From Gemmatimonas sp. (GTDB lineage Bacteria; Gemmatimonadota; Gemmatimonadetes; Gemmatimonadales; Gemmatimonadaceae), in the NCBI GenBank assembly GCA_965279375.1, contig OZ257156.1, positions 2,944,001 through 3,008,000 on the forward strand: a DNA stretch of 64,000 nt, written 5' to 3'. The notes under the pieces were generated by a model. The model ran no database searches. It was not told the DNA's origin and saw only the letters and a list, made by a program, of their open reading frames with translations. Positions 7,239 through 17,359 of the stretch are shown here, piece by piece. The translations under genes and the position numbers were made by a program. How positions within the stretch are numbered: position 1 is the first letter of the stretch; each line of letters begins with the position of its first letter.

Positions 7239-10100
7239 ATGAGCCACACCGGTACGCTTCCGGCGCCGCTTCGCGTCACGGTGACGAACGCGAACCTCAA
7301 GTTCATTCGCCATCCGATGATGGTTGGGCACTATCGCTCGATGGTGCTTACCGGCACCGAGTTGGCGATGGACATGCTGCTCGGCGGTACGATGACCACG
7401 TCGCTGCGCATGGGGCTGTATCCGGATCAACCTGGTTCGCAGCAGATCTTCCTGAATACGCATGCCAATCACGACAATCCCATGCAACCGCCGCGACCAG
7501 ACGCGGTGATTGTCGTGGGATTGGGTGAGGAAGGAAAGCTGCGCGCGCCTGCGCTGGCCAGCACGGTTCGCCAAGGCGTAATGGCGTGGGCGCAGCGACT
7601 GCAGGGCAGTTCGGCCAAGAAGGTACCGTCGTTCGAACTGGCCGCATCGCTGATCGGCAGTAGCGGCTCCGGAAACAACGCTGGACAGGCGGCGCGATTG
7701 GTCGCTCAGGGCGTACGTGACGCCAACATACGCCTGCTCGAAGCGGGATGGCCCATCGTGCAGCACCTGCATCTCGTCGAGTTGTTTCTCGATCGTGCGA
7801 CGGAAGCGTGGCGCTCGCTGCAGATACTCGCCACGGCGTCGCCGGGCGAGTTCGTGATCTCGCCGTTCTTGCAGACGGGGCTGGGTGGCTTGCAGCGTCC
7901 ACTCAACCCGAGCTATCGCGGGTCGGAGTTCGACCTGATCACTGCGGTCACGCAGCAGGACAGTCACGGCGACTCGCTGATTGCATATACGGTCGATACG
8001 CGACGTGCTCGCACCGAAGTGCGCGCGCAGACAACGCAGATCAAACTGCTGCGCGAGCTCACCACGAGCGCCGCCGACAACGAGAGCACGGACAAGCAAA
8101 TCGGCCGCTCGCTCTTTCGCCTGCTCGTTCCGTTGGAGATGCAGCCGTTTCTCGGTGGCTCCGATGCGATGGTCATCGAATTGGACAGCGGCACGGCGGG
8201 AATTCCGTGGGAACTGCTCGACGCGTCTACCGGAACAGAACAGGGGCGCGCCGCGATGCCGTGGGCGCTGCGCACGAAATTGCTTCGCAAGCTTCGCACG
8301 GTGGACTTCCGCATGCAGGTGCAGGATTCCACAGCCGACGCGCACGTGTTGATCATCGGCGAGCCGCGGTGCGATGATCCCGCGTTTCCGCGACTTCCCG
8401 CCGCGCGCGAGGAAGCGCGCGACATCGCGCGACTGTTCAGCAGTCAGGGAAACTTGCCGTCGGCATCGGTCAAGGAGCTGATCTGCGGCCCCGGCCCGCG
8501 TGATGTCGGCCCCGATGCGCGCACGGTCATCAACGCACTGCTCGAGCGAGACTGGCGCATCATTCACATCGCTGGCCATGGTGAGCCGCCGGACGCCGCG
8601 ACGAGTGCGTCCGCTGCCGATGGCGTGCTACGTGCCGCATCGGATCCGCGCGGGGTCGTGCTTTCCAACGGCACCTACCTTGGCCCGCGTGAGATCGCGA
8701 CGATGTCCGTCGTGCCGGAGCTGGTGTTCGTGAATTGCTGCTACACCGCGGTCAGCAATGCGGAGGACATTCTCGACGCCAGCCCCGCCGACCGCCGCGA
8801 TCGCGCGCGCTTTGCCGCGGGCGTCGCAGAAGAGCTGATCCGCATTGGGGTGCGTTGTGTGATCGCCTCTGGCTGGGCCGTGGAAGACGAGCCCGCGATG
8901 GAGTTCGCGCGCACGTTTTACCGCGAGTTGCTACAGGGCAATCGATTCATCGATGCAGTCGCTGAAGCGCGGACGGCATCGTGGAGGAAGGGCGGCAACA
9001 CGTGGGCCGCATATCAGTGCTACGGCGATCCTGACTGGCGTTTTGTGCCGGCATCGGTGGAGGTGCAGCAGTCGTCCCGAAATCCGGAAGACAAGTACGC
9101 CGGTGTGGCATCGTGGCGCGTGCTGTTGCTGGCGCTCGAGGCGCTCGCTGTCGAGAGTCGCTACAAGGGATACGATCACGACAAGGGGCGCGCGAGTCTG
9201 CTGTTGCTGGAGCAACGCTTCGCCGCCGTGTGGGGAAACATCGGTGCGGTCGCGGAGGCGTTTGGGTTGGCCTGGTCGCAGCTTGGCGACCGCAACAAGG
9301 CGATCGAGTGGTACACACGTTCGGTTGCCACCAATGACAGCAGCGCTTCAATCAAGTCGGTTCAGGAGCTGGGTAACCTGCGCGCACGCGTCGCGTTGGA
9401 GAACGCCGATGCCGTCAAGGCGATGTGCGACTCCACCGGGGACACGACAGCGCTCACGACCGCCATCAACGCGGCCCGTGAGGAGATTCGGACCGCGCTG
9501 GCGATGCTGGAGCAGGTGGCGGGACTGCAGCCGACGATCGATCGAGAGAGTCGATGCGGCTCCGCGTGGAAGCGGTTGTCCATGTTGGAGGCGATGGCTG
9601 GTGATGCCAAGGCCGAGCAGGAGGCGATCGCGCGGATGAAGGAGCGCTATGACAACGCCGAAGAGTTGGCGCGTCGGACGCAGCATCCTGAGTTGTTCTA
9701 TCCGGCATTGAACCGCATGGCGGCGGAGCTGATCGTGGCGGGCCAAGCCGAGTCGTGGCGCGGGTTCGATCCCACTCATGTAGCAGAGATTCGCGAAAGT
9801 CTGCTGGCCAAGACGCGCGACGATCCTGATTTCTGGAGCGTGTCCGGTGTGACGCAGCTACGCATGTACGAAGCGATGGCGCATCGCGCGATGGCCGCCA
9901 ACCTCGATGCGATTCTGGATGAGTATGCCTCGCTCAACGAGCGGGTCAGCGCGACGTGGCTATGGGCGTCGGTGTACGATCAGGCGCGTTGGGTGGTGCC
10001 CAAGTACATGGAACGCGTGGATGAGGTCGAAGACGAAGCGGCGCGGCGCCTACTCGAACGGCTGGCGACGTACGCGGGAGTGCGCTCAGTCACAATTTGA
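7239..10100 (+). CDS. CHAT domain protein (about 953 aa) with N-terminal alpha/beta domain and C-terminal helical/TPR-like region
   Basis: ATG 1 bp after the hydrolase stop. CHAT motifs IPWELL, LPAAREEA, IIHIAGHG (His), VFVNCC (Cys), SGWAVED, TWAAYQCYGDP. TPR-like helix pair (AFGLAWSQLGDRNKAIEWYTRSV). N-terminal VIVVGLGEEGKL resembles the leucyl-aminopeptidase N-terminal fold. Confidence 0.87.
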   Translation: MSHTGTLPAPLRVTVTNANLKFIRHPMMVGHYRSMVLTGTELAMDMLLGGTMTTSLRMGLYPDQPGSQQIFLNTHANHDNPMQPPRPDAVIVVGLGEEGKLRAPALASTVRQGVMAWAQRLQGSSAKKVPSFELAASLIGSSGSGNNAGQAARLVAQGVRDANIRLLEAGWPIVQHLHLVELFLDRATEAWRSLQILATASPGEFVISPFLQTGLGGLQRPLNPSYRGSEFDLITAVTQQDSHGDSLIAYTVDTRRARTEVRAQTTQIKLLRELTTSAADNESTDKQIGRSLFRLLVPLEMQPFLGGSDAMVIELDSGTAGIPWELLDASTGTEQGRAAMPWALRTKLLRKLRTVDFRMQVQDSTADAHVLIIGEPRCDDPAFPRLPAAREEARDIARLFSSQGNLPSASVKELICGPGPRDVGPDARTVINALLERDWRIIHIAGHGEPPDAATSASAADGVLRAASDPRGVVLSNGTYLGPREIATMSVVPELVFVNCCYTAVSNAEDILDASPADRRDRARFAAGVAEELIRIGVRCVIASGWAVEDEPAMEFARTFYRELLQGNRFIDAVAEARTASWRKGGNTWAAYQCYGDPDWRFVPASVEVQQSSRNPEDKYAGVASWRVLLLALEALAVESRYKGYDHDKGRASLLLLEQRFAAVWGNIGAVAEAFGLAWSQLGDRNKAIEWYTRSVATNDSSASIKSVQELGNLRARVALENADAVKAMCDSTGDTTALTTAINAAREEIRTALAMLEQVAGLQPTIDRESRCGSAWKRLSMLEAMAGDAKAEQEAIARMKERYDNAEELARRTQHPELFYPALNRMAAELIVAGQAESWRGFDPTHVAEIRESLLAKTRDDPDFWSVSGVTQLRMYEAMAHRAMAANLDAILDEYASLNERVSATWLWASVYDQARWVVPKYMERVDEVEDEAARRLLERLATYAGVRSVTI

Positions 10101-10245
10101 GACGGTTCGGTCCGCCTCAGTATCTGTTGCGGATCACAGGTTTGGCGCGAGTATACAGGGACGGGCGCCGTGCTCATCACAGGCAGACGGCCCCGACCCA
10201 TTGGCGCCAGCGTTTGACGCTGGCCAGTCCGCCACTTGCGACCGC

Positions 10246-13200
10246 ATGCGACTCGATACGCGCACGATCCTGTTCGTGATCTCGCTGGTGAGTTTCACGA
10301 ATGCGATGGCGATGTTCATTGGCTGGCGCACGTATCTGCGCCAGCGACAAATGGCGTGGTGGCTGGCGTCGAGCTTCAGTTTGACGCTGGGCATCTGCTT
10401 GCTGACGCTGCGCGGCTTGGTACCCGACGTTGTGCCGGTGGTTTTCGGCAATTTTGCCGTTCTGATCAGCATGGGGACGCTGCTGATCGGCTGCGAGCTG
10501 TCCGTAGATGCACGGCCGTCGTGGCGCGGGGCCGGTTCGCTGCTCGGCGTGCTCGCTGCGGTGCATCTCTACTTCTTCTTTGGTTTCGATTCCTTCCTGG
10601 CGCGCACGGTGGTGATGTCTATTGCCTCGGCCGCCTTTCCCCTCGCGTCGGCGCGCGTGCTCTTCCGTGCGCAACGGCAGCCGTCTACGTCCACGCGATT
10701 CATTGCGGCGGGGCTGTTGTTCTTGATTGGCGGGGCGCAGGCACTTCGCGGCATCCTGGCGCTGCGCGGCGCGACGCCGACGGACCTGGTGGGTGACAAC
10801 GTCGCGGTTACGGTCAATCTGACGTTGGCACTCATGCTGTGGCTGCTGTTGTCGTTCGTGTCGATGGTGATGACGGGTGAGCGACTGCAGGAAGAGACGC
10901 GCGTGGCGCGGGCCGCGCTCGATGCGTCCACGCAGGCGGGTCTGCAGGCATTGCGCCGCAGCGAGGAGCGCTTCTCGCTCGCCGTGGAAGGATCGAATGC
11001 GGGCATCTGGGATTGGGACGTGGCGTCGAACACGTTCTTCCTGTCGGCGCTCGGCAAGTCGCTGCTTGGCTACGCCGACGACGAAGCCGAAGGGAGCTAC
11101 GAACGGTGGTTTCAGTTGCTGCACCCAGATGATTCCCCGCGTGCGGTGCAGACGATTCGTCAGTACCTGCGCAGTGGGCAATCGGAGCTGGTGCTGGAGC
11201 ATCGGTTGCGTCACCGTGACGGAACCTATCGTTGGATGCTCGGTCGCGGTGCGGCGCGACGCGATGCGGCGCTGCGTGTGTATCGCATCGCCGGCTCGAT
11301 CGAGGACATTACGGAACGTCGAACGACGGAGGATGCGCAGGAATTTCTTGCGCGCCACGCACATCTCGGGCTCGGCGAAGACTTCTTCGACTCCCTCTGT
11401 CGCTATCTCCTGCAGGCGCTCAGCGCCGATGCTGTCTTCTTCGATCGTCTCTCGGCAGATGGATCGAGCGCGGTGGTCGAAGCGTCGTGTACGATTGGAG
11501 TCATCGGCGTGCCTGCGGTGCGCGAGTTGGAGGGGAGTGCAGTTGGCGAGTGCGTGAAGGAGGGCAACTGGTCGATGCTCCGCGGCGTTCGGGAGCGCTT
11601 TCCCACCGATGCGAGGCTGCGCGCCGTTGGCGCCGAGGCGTGTGTGGGAACGACATTGCGCATGACCAATGGTCAGCCGATCGGTGTGATCACGGTCGTG
11701 ACTCGAACTCCGCTCGCGGATTCCCGGACCGCGGAGTTGCTGCTGTCGCTCTTTGCCGTGCCGGCGTCCGGTGAACTCATTCGCAAGCAGGCGGACGAGG
11801 CATTGCGGCGTCGCGAGGAGTATTCGCGGCACCTGCTGACGAGCCTCCCTGCCGGCGTGGTCGTGCATTCGCCAGACACAGCGGTGCTCGACTGTAACGC
11901 GATGGCGAGTGCGATGATGGGGCTGACGCTCGACCAGATGCGTGGCCGCACGGCCGTCGATCCATCGTGGAGTTTTGTGCGCGAGGATCGCACGACGATG
12001 ACGCTGGATGAGTATCCGGTTCGGCGTGTCGCTGCGACCGGAGCGCCCGTGAGTGGGTTGGTGGTGGGCATGCAGGTGCCTGGACGCGGTGATGTCACGT
12101 GGGCGGTGTGCAACGCCTATCCGATCGACGACGATGACGGTGCACTCTCGCAGATCGTGGTGACGTTCGTGGACGTCACGGAGCGCATCCGATCGGAGGA
12201 GGCACGCGCGCAGCTGGAGTCGCAGTTGCGACAGTCGCAGAAGATGGAGGCGGTTGGGCAGCTGGCCGGTGGAATCGCGCACGATTTCAATAACCTGCTC
12301 ACCGTGATCACCGGCATTGCGGATGTCGCCGCGCGCAGTTTGTCGCCAGAGGATCCGTTTCGTCGCGATCTCACCGACATCCAACGCGCAGGGCAGCGCG
12401 CCGCGGTGCTCACTCGTCAGCTACTCGCGTTCGGCCGCAAGCAGACCATTGCACCGGAGATTTTGAACCTTGGCGTGTTGATCGACGACTTGCAGCCACT
12501 GCTGACGCGCGTCATTCGCGAGAATATCCGCCTTGAGCTGCGGGCCTGCCGCGGCCCGTGTGAGGTGCTCGCCGATCCCGGACAGATCGAGCAGGTGCTG
12601 CTCAACCTTGCGTTGAACGCGCGGGATGCGATGCCGCACGGCGGCACGCTCACCTTCGAGCTGAGCGAGACTACGCTCGACCCGGCGTTCGTGCGCTCGC
12701 ATCCGGGCGTGCGTCCGGGGCCGCATGTGCGAATGAATGTGCGCGACACCGGCGTCGGGATGGACGAGTCCACGCGTGCGCGCGTTTTCGAACCGTTCTA
12801 TACCACCAAGGCGCCGGGGCAGGGGACTGGGCTTGGCCTGGCGACGGTGTATGGGATCGTCTCGCAGTCGCGTGGAGCCATCGAGGTGGTCAGCGCGCCG
12901 GGACAAGGCACGACGTTCTCCGTCTACCTGCCGTTGGTGCGCGGTGCGTCACACGCGGGCGAAGGATCCGCGCTCCGGGTACGCACGCCGAGGGATACGC
13001 CGTCCGTACCGATGTACGAGGTATCCGAGGAAGCATTCTCGGGGACGGGGAGCATTCTCGTGGTGGAAGACGAGGGAGCGATCCGTCGCCTCGCGCAGCG
13101 CATTCTCCAGAGTGCGGGGTACACGGTTCTGACGGCGTGCGACGGTGTGGATGCCTTGCGCGTACTCGAAGAGCGTGGCTCGGCGGTGGACCTGTTGCTG

Positions 13201-13419
13201 ACCGACGTGATCATGCCCAACATGGGCGGACCGGAGCTCGCCAAACGGCTGTCAGAGTTGCACCCGTCCACGAAGGTGCTGTACGCTTCGGGTTACGCGG
13301 GCGACGCGGAGTTGCGCCTCAACGCGATTGGCGAGTCCAGCAATTTTCTGGGCAAGCCGTATCAAGTAGTGGAGCTGACACGGAAAGTGCGAGAGATCAT
13401 GGCCACAGGCAAAGCGTGA
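10246..13419 (+). CDS. Membrane-bound hybrid sensor histidine kinase (multi-TM, PAS, GAF-like, PAS, HisKA, HATPase, REC)
   Basis: About 7 hydrophobic helices, PAS GIWDWD...LHPDD...HRDGTYRW, H-box GGIAHDFNNLL, N-box NLALNARDAM, DTGVGM, FYTTK, GTGLGL, receiver VVEDE...LLTDVIMP...KPY. Start placed at ATG 10246 (MRLDTRT). Confidence 0.95.
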   Translation: MRLDTRTILFVISLVSFTNAMAMFIGWRTYLRQRQMAWWLASSFSLTLGICLLTLRGLVPDVVPVVFGNFAVLISMGTLLIGCELSVDARPSWRGAGSLLGVLAAVHLYFFFGFDSFLARTVVMSIASAAFPLASARVLFRAQRQPSTSTRFIAAGLLFLIGGAQALRGILALRGATPTDLVGDNVAVTVNLTLALMLWLLLSFVSMVMTGERLQEETRVARAALDASTQAGLQALRRSEERFSLAVEGSNAGIWDWDVASNTFFLSALGKSLLGYADDEAEGSYERWFQLLHPDDSPRAVQTIRQYLRSGQSELVLEHRLRHRDGTYRWMLGRGAARRDAALRVYRIAGSIEDITERRTTEDAQEFLARHAHLGLGEDFFDSLCRYLLQALSADAVFFDRLSADGSSAVVEASCTIGVIGVPAVRELEGSAVGECVKEGNWSMLRGVRERFPTDARLRAVGAEACVGTTLRMTNGQPIGVITVVTRTPLADSRTAELLLSLFAVPASGELIRKQADEALRRREEYSRHLLTSLPAGVVVHSPDTAVLDCNAMASAMMGLTLDQMRGRTAVDPSWSFVREDRTTMTLDEYPVRRVAATGAPVSGLVVGMQVPGRGDVTWAVCNAYPIDDDDGALSQIVVTFVDVTERIRSEEARAQLESQLRQSQKMEAVGQLAGGIAHDFNNLLTVITGIADVAARSLSPEDPFRRDLTDIQRAGQRAAVLTRQLLAFGRKQTIAPEILNLGVLIDDLQPLLTRVIRENIRLELRACRGPCEVLADPGQIEQVLLNLALNARDAMPHGGTLTFELSETTLDPAFVRSHPGVRPGPHVRMNVRDTGVGMDESTRARVFEPFYTTKAPGQGTGLGLATVYGIVSQSRGAIEVVSAPGQGTTFSVYLPLVRGASHAGEGSALRVRTPRDTPSVPMYEVSEEAFSGTGSILVVEDEGAIRRLAQRILQSAGYTVLTACDGVDALRVLEERGSAVDLLLTDVIMPNMGGPELAKRLSELHPSTKVLYASGYAGDAELRLNAIGESSNFLGKPYQVVELTRKVREIMATGKA

Positions 13420-14159
13420 GCACGCAGGATCACAACGACGGGACGGATCGACGCGGCTTCCTTGCGCGCGTCGGCGTCGCGGCGGCGTCGCTGATGGTCT
13501 CCGCGCGCACGTCGGCGGCATTGACGCCACGCAGTCGAGCGCTTCCCTCGGAGTTCGCGTTCGCTCGGCTGCGCTACGATTCGGGCGATTGGGACTACAA
13601 CCCCAAGGTGTGCGCCAACGTGCTCGACGCGATCGTGCAATACACCGGCATTCCGATCCAGCAGCGCGAAGTGGTCATCACGGCGGATTCGGCGGAACTG
13701 CAGTCGTTCCCGTTTCTCTTCATGACCGGACACAAGCTGGTGCGCTTCAATGAGAAGGAACGTCGCGGGCTCGTGCGCTTTGTCGAGAATGGCGGGCTGC
13801 TCTTCTCGGACGACTGCAATCACGACGTGAACGGCCTGTACGCCAAGTCATTCGAGGCGGAGATGAAGAAGGCGTTCACCGGCAGCGGTGTGCTCGACAA
13901 GATCCCCAATTCGCACGCGCTCTATCGCAGCTTCTTCCAGTTTGACGGACCGCCGCAGACCAGCCACGAACTCAATGGCTGGGGCGACAACGTGCTGCAC
14001 AACTACCTGCGCGGCGTGGAGCGCAACGGCCGGCTAGGCGTCGTGTACGCCAACCAGGACTACGGCTGCGAGTGGGACTACAGCTGGAAGAACAAGAAGT
14101 ACCGTACAAAAGACAACACCAGGTTCGTGGTGAACCTGGTGGTCTATGCGATGACGTAG
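13416..14159 (+). CDS. DUF4159 family protein with Tat signal
   Basis: GTG overlaps the kinase stop (GTGA). DRRGFL twin-arginine motif. FARLRYDSGDW, PFLFMTGH, NGGLLFSDDC, DYGCEWD, NLVVYAMT. Confidence 0.85.
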   Translation: MSTQDHNDGTDRRGFLARVGVAAASLMVSARTSAALTPRSRALPSEFAFARLRYDSGDWDYNPKVCANVLDAIVQYTGIPIQQREVVITADSAELQSFPFLFMTGHKLVRFNEKERRGLVRFVENGGLLFSDDCNHDVNGLYAKSFEAEMKKAFTGSGVLDKIPNSHALYRSFFQFDGPPQTSHELNGWGDNVLHNYLRGVERNGRLGVVYANQDYGCEWDYSWKNKKYRTKDNTRFVVNLVVYAMT

Positions 14160-14177
14160 CAGGACGAAGGCGCGCGC

Positions 14178-15878
14178 TCAGTCGAACGCGGCGCCCACCA
14201 TCATCTTGCGGATGAGCAGCCACGGTGAGCCGTGCGAGATGGAATTAGTCTGCGTCGGCTGTCCCTTGGCGTCGCCACCTGTTCCGTGCTTCTGATACTC
14301 GCTCGGGCCGGTGATGCCGTCGAGATTGCCCCAGAAGTCGGTCGTGATCGCGTTGTACGTCACGTCGGTCACCTGACGCGTGATCTTGCCGTTCTTGATT
14401 TCCCAGAAGATGTGGCCGCCGAACTGGCCGTTGTAGCGCTGCTGGTCGATGGAGTAGCTGCCACGTCCGTCGATCATGACGCCGTTCTTCACGTCGCCGA
14501 TGAGTGCTTCGAGCTTGGGTGAGTTGTCCGGTCCCGGCTCCACGTGCACGTTGGGCATACGCAGGAACGGATAGTCGCGCCACGAGTTACCGAAGGTGCA
14601 GCCGCGGCTGAAGTCCTCGCCGATCAGGTGCGCCGTCTCGCGATTGGTCTGCAGGCCAACGAGTGTGCCTTCGCGAATGAGCGGCCACTTCATCGACTTC
14701 ACGCCGTCATCGTCGTAGCCGACCGAGCCGATGCCATCATCCGTCTTGTCGCAGGTGACGTTCATCAGCTTGGAGCCGTACTTGAGCTTGCCCACATCGG
14801 AGAGCTTCACGAAGCTCGTGCCGGCGTAGTTGGCTTCGTAGCCCATGATGCGATCGAGTTCCGTGGCATGCGCGACGATCTCGTGGATCGTGAGCATCGC
14901 GTGCGACGGAGAGAGAATGAGGTCGCGCAGGCCGCTCGAACCCAGCGGCTTGGCGGTGCACATCTCAACGGCATCGTTGGCCACGCGTTCGGCCGACGCC
15001 AGCAGATCGGAACGCTCGGCGACTTCCCAACCACCGGCTGATGCAACGCCGGGATAGTTGCGCGTCTTGGTCACGTCGCCGACCTTCGCCGTGACGCTGA
15101 GCGTGGGCGAGGTGGTGAAGAGCTCCTGCTCGATATACGAGCCTTCGCTCGACGCGAAGTAACGCCACTCGTAGCTGTGCGTGGCGGCGACGTTCACCGC
15201 CGTCACGCCCTTCACCGCGCTCGCCTTGTCGACGATCGATTGCGCCCAGGCCTGCTTGTCCGTCTGCGATACCGACGTGGGATGCTTGACCATCGGCGTG
15301 ACGTAGTTGGTCACGTAGGCCGGCACCGGCGCGAGCTTGAGGTTCGCCTTTTTGGCGATCGCGCTGGCTTTGGCAACTTCCGTCGCGACGCGCGTGATGC
15401 GCTTGATCTCATCTTCGGTCACGATCGGGCTTGAAGCGAAGCCCCAGACGCCGCTGTGCACGACGCGCACACCGAAACCTGCGGCCTGACGGTCCGCTTC
15501 CGTGGGGATTCCGCGCGCTGCCGCACCGCCTCCACGTCCACCACCACCTCCTCCTCCGCCGCGTCCCGCTCCGCCACCGCCACCGCCACCCGGGAATCCG
15601 CCGCCACCGCCGCCGCCCGGACCACCGGTGCCGGCCGTGCGGAAGAAGGCATTTCCGCCGGGTACGTTGGCAGTCATGGTGAAGCGCACGTCGGCGTAGG
15701 TGCATCCTGCCGTCTTCGCTTCCTTGAGCACGATGTCTGCCATGCCCTTGAACTTCGAGTCGGTCACGCGCCCCTTGGGCGACGTGGCGACGATTTCGGC
15801 CATCAGATCATGCGAGTACAACGAGAGGGCGGCGGTTGCGCCGAGTCCCTTCAGAAAATCGCGACGAGTTGGGCTCAT
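14178..15878 (-). CDS. tldD: TldD-family metalloprotease with Tat signal and Gly-rich insertion
   Basis: TRRDFLK Tat motif, YADVRF, GFGVRVVHSGVWGFASS, HEIVAHATELD metal motif, YDDDGV, RMPNV, KGQPTQTNSISHGSP. Confidence 0.9.
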   Translation of the reverse strand: MSPTRRDFLKGLGATAALSLYSHDLMAEIVATSPKGRVTDSKFKGMADIVLKEAKTAGCTYADVRFTMTANVPGGNAFFRTAGTGGPGGGGGGGFPGGGGGGGAGRGGGGGGGGRGGGAAARGIPTEADRQAAGFGVRVVHSGVWGFASSPIVTEDEIKRITRVATEVAKASAIAKKANLKLAPVPAYVTNYVTPMVKHPTSVSQTDKQAWAQSIVDKASAVKGVTAVNVAATHSYEWRYFASSEGSYIEQELFTTSPTLSVTAKVGDVTKTRNYPGVASAGGWEVAERSDLLASAERVANDAVEMCTAKPLGSSGLRDLILSPSHAMLTIHEIVAHATELDRIMGYEANYAGTSFVKLSDVGKLKYGSKLMNVTCDKTDDGIGSVGYDDDGVKSMKWPLIREGTLVGLQTNRETAHLIGEDFSRGCTFGNSWRDYPFLRMPNVHVEPGPDNSPKLEALIGDVKNGVMIDGRGSYSIDQQRYNGQFGGHIFWEIKNGKITRQVTDVTYNAITTDFWGNLDGITGPSEYQKHGTGGDAKGQPTQTNSISHGSPWLLIRKMMVGAAFD

Positions 15879-15890
15879 GTCGGTTCGTGC

Positions 15891-17351
15891 TCAGACGGCG
15901 GGTGAGACAGAAGTCATGTAGAACTCTTCGATCCGCACCGGCGGAATCAGAGCGGCTTGTCCAAGGTCGAACGACTCGCCGAGTCCCATTGGGACTGGCT
16001 TGCCCACGAGCGTGAGATTGTTGTAAGCGACGAGTGGGGACATGTTCCAGCGGAAATTCTGCACCGGGCCCACGATCTCGCCGTTCTCGATCAGGAACAG
16101 ACCGTCGCGCGTCATGCCGGTGTTGAGCAAGGGCTGACCGTCGGCCGGCACACCGCGAATGTACCAGAAGCTCGTAACCAGCAGCCCGCGACGCGTCTGC
16201 TTGATCATGTCTTCGATGGACAGGTTGGAGCCTTCCTGCACGAGGCTGAGATTGGGCGTCGCCGGCTGTCCGCTGGTGAAGTTGCGCAGCACGCCCTTGT
16301 CCACCCACGTGACCGGCGCGGCCGGCTTGTAGTCGCCCAAGATCGTGTTCTGACGCAGCATGTCGTTACCGACATCGCTGCGCAACGTGAACAGATCGCT
16401 GAACAGCTTGTCGCCGGGCTTCTTGCCGTTCATGAAGGCGCCGGCACCGCCGAACGCGCCACCACCAAAGATGCCGCCACCACCGCCGCCGCCCGGAGGG
16501 CCACCGCCCGGGGGACCTCCACCCGGAGGACCGCCTGCGGCCGGATCAGCGCCCGGAGGAGGGCCGCCTGCACCGGGGAATCCACCGCCGCCGCCTCGTC
16601 CGCCGGCACCGCCGTTGTTGAAGATGCCCGTCATCAACGACAGAAACCGCGCGTTAGCACGCGGCTCCAGGATCACCGTGTAGCGCCCCGGCTCGATGGC
16701 CTTCGCATTGCGGCTCTTGAGCGCCTTGTTCGCGGCGACTTCCGTGAGTGCCTTGGCGTCGACGCCGCGGATGTCCTTGATGCCCATCGTACCAGACCAA
16801 CCTGACCCACTGCCATCCGGCATGCGACACGTCAGCACGAATCCCATCTCGGCGTTGCGATAGTAGGCGAAGAGCCCATTCGAATTCGCCGTGCAGGTCG
16901 TCTGGTCGACCTTGGGGATGTACCCCGCGCCAAGCACGCCTTTCTTCTCGGCCAGGTCGATGCTGTCACGCACCATGCGCGCACGCTCGGCCGGCCCGTA
17001 GTTCACCAAGTTCGGGATCGCCGAGTCGACGGGCAGATAGGTCTGTGCCCCGAGGAGTGGCGGCAGGTTGGGATTGTCGATGCCCGCCTGCGCGTTGGCG
17101 AGCGCTTCCTTCACCATTGCCTGCAGGCCAGCGTCGCTGAAGTCGCGTGTGTTCGCGCTCCCCGATTTCTGGCCGACGCGGACCGTGGCGGTGAGCTGGC
17201 GATCGTACTGCACCAGGTTGGTCGTGATCGACGAATTGGCCCAGCGGGTGCCGGAGCGTTCGCCGCCCGTGAGGTTTACCTCGACGGCGTCGGCTTTGGC
17301 CATGTTGATGACCTTGTCGACGATGGCTTTGACTTCTTCGCGGGTATACAT
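15891..17351 (-). CDS. TldE/PmbA-family partner subunit with Gly/Pro-rich insertion, no signal peptide
   Basis: [64 protein letters not shown]. No HExxxH. Directly upstream of tldD. Confidence 0.87.
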   Translation of the reverse strand: MYTREEVKAIVDKVINMAKADAVEVNLTGGERSGTRWANSSITTNLVQYDRQLTATVRVGQKSGSANTRDFSDAGLQAMVKEALANAQAGIDNPNLPPLLGAQTYLPVDSAIPNLVNYGPAERARMVRDSIDLAEKKGVLGAGYIPKVDQTTCTANSNGLFAYYRNAEMGFVLTCRMPDGSGSGWSGTMGIKDIRGVDAKALTEVAANKALKSRNAKAIEPGRYTVILEPRANARFLSLMTGIFNNGGAGGRGGGGGFPGAGGPPPGADPAAGGPPGGGPPGGGPPGGGGGGGIFGGGAFGGAGAFMNGKKPGDKLFSDLFTLRSDVGNDMLRQNTILGDYKPAAPVTWVDKGVLRNFTSGQPATPNLSLVQEGSNLSIEDMIKQTRRGLLVTSFWYIRGVPADGQPLLNTGMTRDGLFLIENGEIVGPVQNFRWNMSPLVAYNNLTLVGKPVPMGLGESFDLGQAALIPPVRIEEFYMTSVSPAV

Positions 17352-17359
17352 GGCGGCAG

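Noticed and set aside
10177..12384. Long antisense ORFs (also 2260-3651, 7137-8579, 23237-25180 and many others)
   Set aside because: They shadow well-supported genes in high-GC DNA, are Arg/Ala-rich and carry no recognisable motifs.
14178..17351. TldDE as a RiPP maturation protease (microcin B17-like)
   Set aside because: No YcaO, cyclodehydratase or precursor peptide nearby. The Gly-rich stretches are internal to the proteins.
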